A DNA stretch of 64,000 bases from an uncultured Acidobacteriota bacterium (GTDB taxonomy: Bacteria > Acidobacteriota > Thermoanaerobaculia > Multivoradales > UBA5704). Within the stretch, counting starts at the first letter, position 1. Every line of letters starts with the position of its first letter. This document shows, piece by piece, positions 9,895 to 21,800 of the stretch. Under the pieces are notes generated by a model. That model had not been told where the DNA came from. It saw nothing but the letters and a program-made list of their open reading frames with translations, and ran no database searches. Position numbers and translations under genes: made by a program. The DNA lies in NCBI GenBank assembly GCA_963770895.1, contig CAVYRF010000002.1:4480001-4544000 (forward strand), in the 5' to 3' direction.

Positions 9895-12800
9895 TCAGCT
9901 GCCGAGCAGGCGGCGGAGGCTGGCTGCCAGGGCTGCCACGGCGGGTGGGCGGACGATCGAGTAGTGGTCGCCCGGCAGGGTCTGGATCTCGGTGCCGGCG
10001 CCGGCGAGCGCGGCCCAGGCGTCCGCGGGGTGGGTGCGGGCGCGGCCGGCGGCCGCGGTGGAGCGCCGGGATGCCAGCAGCAGGGTGAGCGGGCCGGGGG
10101 CGGCGACGGGGCGGTAGCGGTCGAGCGCCCGGCGCGTGGTCTGGAAGAGGGCGAACAGGCGCTCCACCTCGCCGGCCGCGAGCTCGGCCGGCAGCAGGCC
10201 GGCGCTGTGCGCGGCATCGACCAGGCGGGACAGGGGGACGTCCGCGGCGAAGGTGGCGTCGAGCCGGGCGAGCTGTGCCGCGCCGCCGGACACCAGGCAG
10301 AGGTCGCGCAGGAATTCCTTTTTGAGCTGCGCCGCGGCGGTCGCCCGCGGCGCCGCGGCGCGCCGGAGCGCGGCGGGATCGATCAGCACCAGAGGCTGGA
10401 CGGGGCGCCCGGCGGCGCGCAGCTGGCGCGCCATCTCGTAGGCGATGGCGCCGCCCAGCGACCAGCCGCCCAGGGCGTAGGGGCGGGGCGGCGCCCCGGG
10501 CGCGGCTGGCGGCGGCAGCGCCGCCACGTAGTGGGCGGCCAGCGTTTCGATCGTCGGCTCGGGCCCCAGGTCCACAAGCTCGGGCAGCTGCAAGCCGTAG
10601 AACGGCTGCGCGGGGCCCAGGGCGCGGGCCAGCTCGGCGTAGCACAGGACGTTGCCGCCGGCGGGATGGACGCAGAACAGGGGCCGCACCGGAGCCGCCG
10701 GCGCGTCGGCCGGCGCCGGGCCGGCGGCGGGGGTCAGCTCGACCAGGGCGGTGCGGCGCGCCGGTGTGGCCTGGGCGTCGGTTTGCAGCAGGGCGGCCAG
10801 GCCGGCGACCGTGGGGGCGCGCAGCAGCGCGGCCAGGGGCAGGTCGCGTCCGAAGGTGTCGCGAATCCGCGCCGCCAGGCGCAGGGCGAGCAGCGAGTGG
10901 CCGCCGAGGGCGAAGAAGTTGTCGTCGACGCCCACCGCCGGGCAGGCCAGGACGGCGCGGAAGAGGTCCGCCAGGGCGTGCTCGGCCGGCGTGCGCGGCA
11001 GCGCTCGGACACCGCCGTCGCCGCCGTCGCCGGCTGCCGGCGAGGGATCGGGCAGCGCCTTGCGGTCCAGCTTGCCGTTGGCGTTGAGCGGCAGGGCGTC
11101 GATGAGCATGGTTTCGGCCGGCACCATGTAGGCGGGAAGCCTGGCCGCCAGGGCCTGGCGCAGCTCGGCGAGGAGCGCCGTGCCGGCGGCGCCGGCGGCG
11201 CGCTCCGGCCGCGCCACCACGTAGCCCACCAGGCGATCGTCGCCGCCGCGGTCGCGCACCGCCGCCGCCGCCGCCCGCACGTCCGGGTGGGCGGCGAGCG
11301 CCGCCTCGATCTCGCCCAGCTCGATGCGAAAGCCGCGCACCTTGACCTGGCCGTCGAGGCGCCCCAGGAACTCGACCACGCCGTCGGCGCGCTGGCGGGC
11401 CAGGTCGCCGGTGCGGTAGAGGCGGCTGCCTGCCTCGTCGGGCGAGGCGAAGGGGTTGGGCACGAACGCCGCGGCGGTCAGCTCCGGCCGCCCCAGGTAG
11501 CCGCGCGCCAGGCAGGAGCCGGCGATGCACAGCTCGCCGGACGCGCCGGGCGGCACCGCGCTCAGCGCGCGGTCGAGCAGGTGGAGGCTGGCGCCGGCGA
11601 TCGGCCGGCCGAGCGGCACGGTCTGGCCCGGCGACTCGGCGCCGCAGAGCCATTCGGAGACCGACACGGCCGCCTCGGTGGGGCCGTAGCGCGCGACGAG
11701 CGCCGGCGCCGGCTGGGCCATGGCGGCGTGGTAGCGCGGCGGCAGGTCGCCGGGCACGCGGTCGCCGCCGGTCACCAGGCGGCGCAGCCAGCGGTTGGCG
11801 CGGAACGCGGGCTCGGCGAGCAGCACCGGCCAGAGCGCCGGCGGCAGGGTGAGGTTGGTCACCCGCTCGCCGGCGAGCAGGCTGGCGAGCGCGCCGGCCT
11901 CCTGGTGCCGCTCGGGCGGCACCACCAGCACGGCGCCCCCCATCCACAGCGGCGCGAAGATCTCCACCACCGAGATGTCGAAGGCGAGCCGCGTGCGCTG
12001 GAGCACGCGCGCTCCCGGCGCCAGGTCGGCGGCGACCTGGTAGCGCAGGCGGTTGACCACGGCGCGGTGTGACACCACGACGCCCTTGGGCCTGCCCGTC
12101 GAGCCGGAGGTGTACAGCACGTAGGCCGGGTGGTCGGGGTGCGGCTCCCCCGCCGCGGCGGCAGCGGCCGCCGCGGTTGGCCGGGGAGGCCGCGGGCGCC
12201 GGCCCGGCGCCGGCAGGGCGGCCGGCGCGCCGGGCCGGTCGAGCGGCACGGCGCGGGCGGCGGCGCCAAAGCGCCCGGCCAGCGGCTGGTCGGCCAGGAC
12301 CAGCCGCACTCCGGCGTCGGCCGCCATGCCCGCCAGGCGCTCGGCGGGCAGGGTCGGGTCGAGCGGCAGGTAGGCGCCGCCCGCCTTCAGCACCGCCAGC
12401 AGCGCCACGATGAGCGCGAACGACGGCTCGCCGCAGATGCCGACGACCTGCTCCGGGCCGACCCCCAGCCGGCGCAGCTGCGACGCCAGGCGCTCGACGC
12501 GGCCGGCCAGCTGGCCGTAGCGCAGCGTGCGCCCGCGCCGTCCGTTGCCGGCGGCCGCGGCGCCGCATTCGACCAGCGCCACCGCCTGCGGATGGCGCGC
12601 CGCGTGCCGCTCGAACGGCTGGTGCACCAGGTCGTCGCCGCCGGCGGCCCAGGCGGAGGAGTTCCATTCGATCGTCACCTGGTGCCGCTCGGCGGGGAAG
12701 AGCAGCGGCAGGTCGTGGGTGCGCGCGCCGCCGCCGCCGGCGGCGGCCAGGCCCGCGAGCAGGTTGCACAGGTGTCCGGCCAGGCGTTCGACGGTCGCCG

Positions 12801-15800
12801 GCTCGAACAGGTCGGCACGGTACTCCAGGCCGCCGGCCAGGTCGCCGCCCGTCTCGCGCAGCGCCAGGGTGAGGTCGAAGCGCGCCGCGAGCGTCGGGGC
12901 CGGCATCTCGGCGAGGCGCAGGCCGGCGACGGCGGGCAGCGCGGGCGGCGCCTGCTGCAGGGCGAGCATCGCCTGGAACAGCGGCGTCCGCGACAGGTCG
13001 CGAACCGGCTGCAGGTCGCCGACCAGCTGTTCGAACGGCAGCTCCTGGTGGGCGTAGGCGTCGAGCGCGGTGGCGCGCACCCGCTGCAGCAGCTCGCCGA
13101 TCGCCGGGTTGCCGCCCAGGTCGAGGCGCAGCACCAGGGTGTTGACGAAAAAGCCGACCAGCCCTGCGGTCGCCGGGTGGCCGCGGCCGGCGACCGGCGT
13201 GCCCAGGGTGAGGTCGTGCTGGCCGCTGTAGCGGCCCAGCAGCAGGCCGAATCCGGCGGTGAGCGCCATGAACAGGGTGACGTTCTGGTCGCGGCAGAGC
13301 CGCCCCAGTGCGGCGGCGAGGGGGCGGGAGACGGCCAGGGGACGCACCGCCCCGCGTCCGCTCGGCACGGCGGGGCGCGGCCGGTCGGTCGCCAGCTGCA
13401 GCGGCGGGGCGCCGGCCAGGCGGCGGCGCCAGAAGTCCAGCTCGCCGGCGATCACGGCGGCGGAGAGGCGGCGGCGCTGCCAGGCGGCAAAGTCGGCGTA
13501 CTGGATCGCCAGCTCCGGCAGGCGCGCGGCGGCGGGGCTGACCGCCGCCAGGGCCTGGTACTGCACCGCCAGCTCGTGCACCAGCAGGCGGATCGACCAG
13601 CCGTCGCTGACGATGTGGTGCATCGCCAGCAGCAGCACGTGCTCGCCGTCCGCCAGGCGCAGCAGCGCCGCCCGCAGCAGCGGCGCGCGGCGCAGGTCGA
13701 AGGGACGCCGGCCGAAGGTGACCGCCAGCCGCTCGGCTTCGCGGCGCGCGAGGCGCCGTGCCGCGGCCAGGTCCACCAGCGGCAGGGCGAGCCGGGCGTC
13801 GTCGTCGATCACCTGCACGGCGTCGCCGTCCGCGGTGGCGCGGAACGCGGTGCGCAGCGATTCGTGGCGGCGCAGGCAGGCGGCCAGGCTGCCGGCCAGC
13901 GCCGCGGGCGACAGCGGGCCGTGCAGCGACACCGCCATCGCCAGGTTGTAGATGGCGTTGCCGGGCGCGAGCCGCTCCAGGAACCACAGCCGCTGCTGCG
14001 CGAACGACGGCGCCATCTCGGCTCTGGGCGCGCTGCGCGCCAGGCGCGGGATGGCGTCGCCGGCGCGGCCGTCCGCCAGGCGCGCCGCCAGCTCCGCCGG
14101 CGTCGGCGCCTCGAACAGGGTGCGGATCGGCAGCTCGCGGCCGAGCTCGGCGGCGACGGCGGCGATCAACCGCATGCCGAGCAGCGAGTGGCCTCCCAGC
14201 TCGAAGAAGTTGTCGTGGATGCCGACGGCGGCGACGCCGAGGAGGCGGCCGAAGATCTCGACCAGGCGCGCCTCGGCAGCGGTGCGCGCGGCCGCCCGCG
14301 GCGCCGCCGGGGCGGCGGGGGTGCCGGCGGCAGGGTCGGCGGCCAGGCGGGCCAGCGCGCGGCGGTCGAGCTTGCCGGTCGGCGTGCGCGGCAGCGCGGC
14401 GAGCTCGACGACGGTCGCCGGCACCATGTACTCCGGCAGGCTGCGCCGCAAGGCTCGCCGCAGGTCGGCGGCGGCGATGGTGGCACCGGCGCGCGGGGTG
14501 ACGCAGGCGGCCAGCTGCCAGCCGCCGTCGCGCGCCTCGATCGGCACCACCGCGGCTTCGCGCACCTCCGGCAGGGCGGCCAGGCGGGCTTCCACTTCCG
14601 CCGGCTCGACGCGGAAGCCGCGGATCTTGCACTGGCGGTCGGCGCGCCCGGCGAAGGCGACCTCGCCGTCAGGCAGGAAACGGCCCAGGTCGCCGGTGAG
14701 GTACAGCCGCTCGCCGGGCACGCCGCCCAGCGGGCAGGGGGCAAACTTCTCCGCCGTGAGCGCGGCGTCGTCCAGGTAGCCGAGCGCCAGGTGGGGGCTG
14801 CGCATGACGATCTGGCCCAGCTCGCCGATGCCGGCCAGGTCGCCGTGGCGGCCGCAGACCAGCAGCTGCGCGTCCTGCATGCCGCGGCCGAGCGGCAGCA
14901 CCTGGTGCGCGCCGCGGCGGTCGCCGCCCGCCTCCAGCGCGTCGGGGTCCGCCACGTGGTAGGCGAGCGCCCGCTGGGTTTCGGTGGCGCCGTACAGGTT
15001 GAGGCAGACCGCCCGCGGCGCCAGGCGGCGGATGCGCGCGGCGTCGCGGCGCGCCAGCGCTTCGCCGATCCACATCACGCAGCGCAGGTCGGGCAGCGGC
15101 GCCACGGCGCCGCCCGGCGGCGGCTCCGCGATCACCTGCGACAGCGCCGGCGTGAGGTTGGCGACGGTGATCCGCGCCGTCGCCATCCAGGCGGCCAGGC
15201 GGCCCGGTTGGGTGATGGCGTCGGCATCGGGGATGACGATCGCGGCCCCCAGGCAGAGCGGCGTGAAGATCTCGCGTTGCAGCGGGTCGTGCGGCAGCGC
15301 CGACAGCATGGCGAAGCGGTCGGCCGCCGACAGGCCGAAGCGCTGCCGCATCCACGGCAGGAAGTGGGTCAGCGAGCCGTGGCGGCCGAGGATGCCCTTG
15401 GGGGTGCCGGTCGAGCCGGAGGTGAAGCCGATGCACGCCAGGTCGTCGGCGCCGGGCTGCCGTTGCCGCGGCGCGCCGGCGGCGCGCGGCGCGATGGGCG
15501 GCTGTGCCGCGAGCCAGGCCCGCAGCGCCGCGGCGCCGCCCCGCGGCAGCACCCAGCGCGGACAGCCGGCGGCGGCGAGCCACGCCGCCACGTCCGGCGG
15601 CGGCTCGCCGGCGGCGGCCAGTCCCAGCCAGGCGCGCGGTTGCGCCAGGCGCAGGATCGTCAGCTGGCGCGCCGGCGGATAGGCGGGATCGAGGATGAAG
15701 AACGCGGCGCCCGCCGCGAACGTCGCCAGCAGCGCCGGCACCAGCGGTGCGCTGCGGTGGGCGTAGATCGCCACCCGGTCGCCGCCGCCGACGCCTGCCG

Positions 15801-18800
15801 CGGCGAGCCGCAGCGCCAGCAGGCGGGCGGCGTCGTGGACCTCGCCGCGGCTCCAGGTGGCGGCGCCGTCCTCGATCGCCGGCCGGTCGGGGTCGCGCCG
15901 CGACTGCTGGGCGAACAGCTGGTCGACCGCGCCGTGCCAGGTGGCGTCCAGCGCCTGCGCCGGGTCGGCGGGGTCGGGCAGCACGGCCGCGGCGCCGGCG
16001 GTGACCAGCGACAGCCGCGCGATCGCTGCGTCGGGGTGCGCCGCGGCCTGGGCGACGACCGCCGCGATCTGCGCCAGCAGGTCCGTCATGCGCGGCGCGT
16101 CGAACAGGTCGGCGTTGTACACCAGCTCGATCGCGATCGCGCCGTCGTCGCCGGGCGGGCGATCGTCGACGTAGAACGTCAGGTCGAACTTGGCGCGCAC
16201 CTCGGGCAGCGGCAGGGTGGCGAGGCGCAGGCCGGTCAGGCGGATCTCGCCCGGCGGCAGGTTGAGCAGGTTGAGCATCACCTGGAAGAGCGGCGTCCGC
16301 GCCAGGTCGCGCTCCGGGCGGAGCTCTGCGAGCAGCGCTTCGAACGGCACGTCCTGGTGGGCGTAGGCGCCCAGCGCGGCGGTGCGGGCCCGTCCCAGCA
16401 GGGTGCGGAAGCTCGGTTCGCCGGAGAGGTCGGCGCGCAGCACCAGGGTGTTGAGGAAGCAGCCGATGAGGGCTTCGGTTTCGACCTGGCGGCGGCCGGC
16501 GACCGGCGCGCCGACGGCGAAGTCGAGCTGGCCGCTGTGGCGGTGCAGCACGACTTCCAGCGCGGCGAGCAGGCCCATGAACAGCGTGGCGCCTTCGCCG
16601 CGGCAGAGGCCGCGCAGGCGCCGGGCGAGATCGGGGTCCAGGCGCAGCTCGCCGCGGCCGCCGCGGTAGGTCTGTGCGGCCGGGCGTGGGCGGTCGGTGG
16701 GCAGGTCCAGGTCCAGGGCCGCCAGGCGGTCGCCGGCCGGGTCCGCCAGCTGGCGGCGCCAGTAGGCCAGCTCGCCGCGCCGCGCGCCGGCCAGGGCGGC
16801 GCGCTGCCAGATGGCGAAGTCGGCGTATTGGATCGGCAGCGGCGGCAGGGTCGGCGCGCGGCGCCGGCGCAGCGCGTCGTACGACTCCGCCAGCTCGCGC
16901 ACGAAGACGCTCGCCGACCAGCCGTCGGCGGCGACGTGGTGCACCACGGCGACGAAGCGGTGCCGCTCCGCCGCCTGGCGCAGCAGCAGGGTTGCGAGCA
17001 GCGGGCCGCGTTGCAGGTCGAGGCGGCGCCCGGCCAGCGCCGCGGTCAGGCGCACGGCCTCCGCCGCGCGCGCCGCGGACGGCAGCGCCGCCAGGTCGGC
17101 GAGCGGCAGCGGCGCGGCGTCCGGAGGCGGCGCGACGCGCTGCACCGGCACGCCGGCGGCGACGGCGAAGGTGGTGCGCAGCGATTCGTGGCGGCGGACC
17201 ACGTGGTGCAGGGCGCCGGCGAGCGCCGGCACGTCGAGCGCGCCGGCCAGCTCGACGGCGAGCGGCATGTTGTAGGTGGGGTCGCCGGGGTCGAGGCGAT
17301 CGAGGAACCACAGGCGCTCCTGGGCGAACGACAGCGGCAGCTCGACGCCTGGGCGGCGCGGGGCGGCGACCAGCGGTGCCGGGGCGGCGCCGCCGCCGGC
17401 CGGGCCGGCGCGCAGCGCCGCGTCGAGCTGCGCCGCGACGGCCGCCACCGTCGGGCGTTCGAACAGGTCGCGCAGCGGCAGCTCCACGGCGCAGCTGCGC
17501 CGCAGGCGGGACACGGCGCGGGTGGCGAGCAGCGAGTGGCCGCCCAGGGCGAAGAAGTCGTCGTGGCGGCCCACGTGGTCGCGCCCCAGGAGCTCGCACC
17601 ACACCGCCGCCACCAGGGCCTCCCACGGGCCGGCGGGCTCGTCGTGGCGGCGCGCGCGGCCGGCGCCGTCGAGGGCGTCGAGGGCGTCGGCGGCGGGGGC
17701 CGCGTCGCCCTCCAGGGCGATCAGGCCGCGCAGGCCGGCCTCGACCCCGGCGGCGGGCGCGGCGGCGCCCGCGGTCCCCTCTGCGTGGTGTGCGACCGGC
17801 GGGGAGCCGGGCGCGCGGGCCGTGCCGGCGGCGGCGCGCGTCAGGGCGGCGCGGTCGAGCTTGCCGTGGGCGTTGCGCGGCAGCGCGTCCAGAGCGAAGA
17901 AGCGCGCCGGGACCATGTGCTCGGGGAGGCGCCGGCGCAGCCAGCGGCGCAGGTTCATGCCGCGCGCGGCGGCGGCCGTGGCGGGCACCACGAAGGCCGC
18001 CAGCGCCGCGGCGCCGGCGGCCGGCGCCGTCACCACCGCCACCTCGCGCACGCCGCCGTGGGCCGCGAGCGCGGCTTCGATCTCCGCCGGCTCGACGCGG
18101 AAGCCGCGGATCTTCACCTGGCGGTCGAGGCGGCCGAGAAATTCCAGCTGACCGTCCGGCCGCCAGCGCCCGCGGTCGCCGGTGCGGTAGAGGCGCGCGC
18201 CGGCGCCGCCCAGCGGGTCGGGCACGAACCGCGCCGCGGTGCGGGCGGGCTCGGACAGGTAGCCGCGCGCCACGCCGGCGCCGCCCAGGGCGATCTCGCC
18301 GGCGACGCCGGCGGCTGCCGCGGCGCCCCACCCGTCGAGCACCCGCAGCACCACGCCGGCGAGCGGGCGGCCCAGCGGCACGGAGCCGGGCGCCGCGCCG
18401 GTTGCGGTCGCCGCGGGCGTCGCCGGCGCCGCGGCGACGCGATGCACGGTCGCCACGACGGTTGCCTCGGTGGGACCGTAGGTGTTGAACAGCGCCACGC
18501 GGCCGCCGAAGCGCCGCTGCCACTGCGCCACGCGGGCCGGCAGCACGCGCTCGCCGCCCAGCACCACGGCGCGGACGCTGGCCGGCAGGCCGTCGCCGTC
18601 CGCGGCCGTGGCGGCCTGACAGATCTCGTGCCACCAGGCGGTGGGCAGCGTCAGCAGGGTGACGGCCTGCTCGCGGCAGCGATCCAGAAAGCTGGCGGCG
18701 GCGCGGCGCATCGGATCGCTTGCCACCACCAGCGTGGCGCCGCTGGCCAGCGCCGGAAAGATCTCCTCGACGCTCAGGTCGAAGCCGGGGGAGGCGAAGT

Positions 18801-21800
18801 GCAGCACGCGGTCGCCGGCGCGCAGGCCGTAGGCGCCGGCGGCGGCCCGCACGTAGGAGACCGCGGCGGCGTGCTCGACCAGGACACCCTTGGGCGCCCC
18901 GGTCGAGCCCGAGGTGTACATGACGTAGGCGAGCCCGCGGGGGGAGGCGCCCGCGGTGGCATCGGTTGCATCGGGGCGCGGCGCGCCGTCGTCCGCCGCG
19001 GCGCCGGCGCCCGCCGCGGCCGCCGGCTGCCGGTCCATGACCAGGATCGGCATCCCGGCGGCGTGCGCGCGCCGGCGCCAGGCGGCCAGGGTGAGGAGCG
19101 CCGCCGGGCGGGCGGCCGCCAGGATCGCGCGCAGACGGCCGTCCGGGTGGGCGGGATCGAGCGGCAGGAAGGCGGCACCCGCCTTGAGCGTCGCCAGCTC
19201 GGCGAGGACCAGCTGCGGCGAGCAGGGCAGCAGGATGGCGACCGGCAGCTCCGCACCGGCGCCGGCGCGGCGCAGGACGGCCGCCAGGGCCTGGGCGCGG
19301 CGCTCCAGCTCGCCGTAGGTCAGGTGGCCCGCGGCGGAAGCGCCGTCGCCGGCGACCGCGACGGCGTCGGGCGCGGCTCGCGCCTGCGCCTCGACCAGCT
19401 GGTGCAGGCCCGGCGGGGCGGGGGGCGCTGCCGCCGGGGGCCTCGCCCCACTCCCGCGCCAACTGGTGGCGCTCCGCTTCGCTCAGCAGCGGCAGCGCGC
19501 CCAGGTCGCGGTCCGGCTGCTCGACCGCGGCGGCCAGCAGCCGCAGCCAGGCGCCAAGCAGGCGGCGCGCGCTCGCCGGCGCGAACAGGTCGGCGCTGTA
19601 TTCGAGCTCCGCCCGCAGCTCCTCTCCCGCCGCCGCAACGGTCAGGGTGAGGTCTAACTTGGCGGTCGCGGTGCGCAGCGGCAGCCTTTCGACGGTGAGG
19701 CCGGCGGCGAACGGGCTGGGCGCGCCGATCGCGGGCAGGGGGTCGGTCGCGGCGAAGTCGAACAGCACCTGGAACAGCGGCGAATGGCCGAGGGAACGTT
19801 GCGGCACCAGCGCCGCGACCAGCTTTTCGAACGGCAGATCCTGGCGCAGCTGGGCGTCGAGCCAGACCTCCCGCACCCGCGCCACGATCTGCCGCATCGT
19901 GTCCCACGGCGTCAGGGTGGTGCGCAGCGCCAGGGTGTTGACGAACAGGCCGATCAGCGGCTCGATCTCGACGTGGGTGCGGCCGGCGACCGGCGCGCCG
20001 ACGCACAGGTCCAGCTGCCCGGTCGCGCGTGCCAGCAGCGCCTTCCATGCCGCCAGGAGCAGCATGGACAGGGTGGCGCCGCCGTGCCGCGCCAGCCGCC
20101 GCGCCGCCGCGGCGACCGCCGGCGGCACCTGCAGATGCTCGCTGGCGCCGCGCGCGCTGCGCACCGCCGGCCGCGGCCGGTCGCCCGGCAGGTCGAGCGC
20201 CGGCGGCAGCCCTGCCAGCTGCCCGCGCCACCAGGCCAGCTGGCGTTCCAGCGCGTCCCCCGCCAGGTGCCGGCGCTGCCACACCGCATAGTCGGCGTAC
20301 TGGACCGGCAGGTCGGGCGGAGCTGCCAGGCGCTCGCCGGGCTGCTCGCCGCGGCTGGCGTCATAGAACGCCCGCAGCTCGCCGACCAGGATGCCGCTCG
20401 ACCAGGCGTCGCTGACGATGTGGTGGACGCTCACCAGCAGGGCGTGGTCGCCGGCGGCGAGCCGCAGCAGCACGGCGCGCAGCAGCGGTCCGCGCGCCAG
20501 GTCGAAGGCGCGGCCGGCTTCGGCCTGTGCCAGCGCCGCCTGCTCGGCGGCGCGGCGCGGCGGCGGCAGCGCGGTCAGATCGATCGCCGGCAGCGGGCGG
20601 TGCGGCGGCGCCGCCGGCGGCAGGACCCGCTGCACCGGCGTTTCCGCGACCTCGACGAAGACGGTGCGCAGCACCTGGTGACGCCGCGCCACGGCGGCCA
20701 GGGCAGCCGCCAGCGCCGCGGCGTCCAGCGCGCCGCGCAGGCGCAGGGCGGCCGCCATGTTGTACAGGGTGCCGCCGGGCTCCAGGCGGTCGAGGAACCA
20801 CAGCCGCTCCTGCGCAAAGGACAGCGGCAGCGGCCGGTCGCGCGGCGCCGGCAGGATCGGCGGCGGCGGCTCGATCGGCGGGCCGGCGTGCGGCGCCTGT
20901 TCGATGCGGCGGGCCAGGGCGGCCACCGTCGGGCTCGCGAAGATCTGCCGCAGCGGCAGCTCGACGCCGAAGCGCTGGCGCACGCGCGCGGCGAGGCGGG
21001 CGGCCAGCAGCGAGTGGCCGCCCAGGCCGAAGAAATCGTCGTCCAGGCCCACCGGGTCGACGCCCACCAGCTCGGTGAACAGGGCGGCGACCACCTGCTC
21101 GGCGGGCGACACCGGCGGCCGCCGGGCCGGCGCCCGCGGCGTCGCTGCCGCGGCCGGCGGCGGCGGCAGCGCGCGGCGGTCGACCTTGCCGCTGGGCGAC
21201 AGCGGCAGCCGGTCGAGCCACACGAATGCCGCCGGCACCATGAACGGCGGCAGCCGGGCGGCGAGCAGGCCGCGCAGGTCGGCGGCGTCGGGGCGGGCTG
21301 CGGCGCTGTCGTCGTCGGCGGTGTCGGCGGCGGCGTTGCCTGCCAGGTAGGCGACCAGCGCCTCGGGGGCGCCGGCGGCGGCGGCCAGCGGGCGCAGCGC
21401 GACGGCGGCGGCGTGCACCGCCGGATGGGCCAGCAGCGCCGCTTCGATCTCCCCCAGCTCGACGCGGAAGCCGCGGATCTTCACCTGGCCGTCGATCCGC
21501 CCCAGGTAGTCGACGGCGCCGTCGGGCAGGTGGCGCGCCAGGTCGCCGGTGCGGTACAGGCGCGCGCCGCGCGGCGCCCCGCCGGCCACGCCGGCGAGCG
21601 GGTCGGGCACGAAGCGTTGGGCGGTGAGCGCCGGCCGTCCAAGATAGCCGCGGCAGACCTGGACGCCGCCGATCAGCAGCTCGCCGGCGATGCCCTGCGG
21701 CACCGGGTCCCCGGCCGCGTCGAGCAGCCGCAGCCAGGTGTTCGCCACCGGGCGGCCGATCGGCACCAGGCGCCGCGCACCGTCCGGTTCCGTCGCCCAG

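Noticed and set aside
9800-14632. N-terminal ~1600 aa of track ORF 7640..14632, suggesting a giant CHAT fusion
   Set aside because: Alternate frame of the NRPS; only 7640-9799 has protein-like content.
14669-19420. Arg/Pro-rich C-terminal ~1580 aa of track ORF 14669..27907
   Set aside because: Out-of-frame read-through after the +1 frameshift; the true NRPS sequence is in the 9895..19053 frame.
12130-19650. Very long + strand ORFs (2506 aa here; also 19784..23959, 9964..12072, 58..1449 and others)
   Set aside because: Antisense shadows of high-GC genes; no recognisable motifs, while the opposite strand has clear domain signatures.
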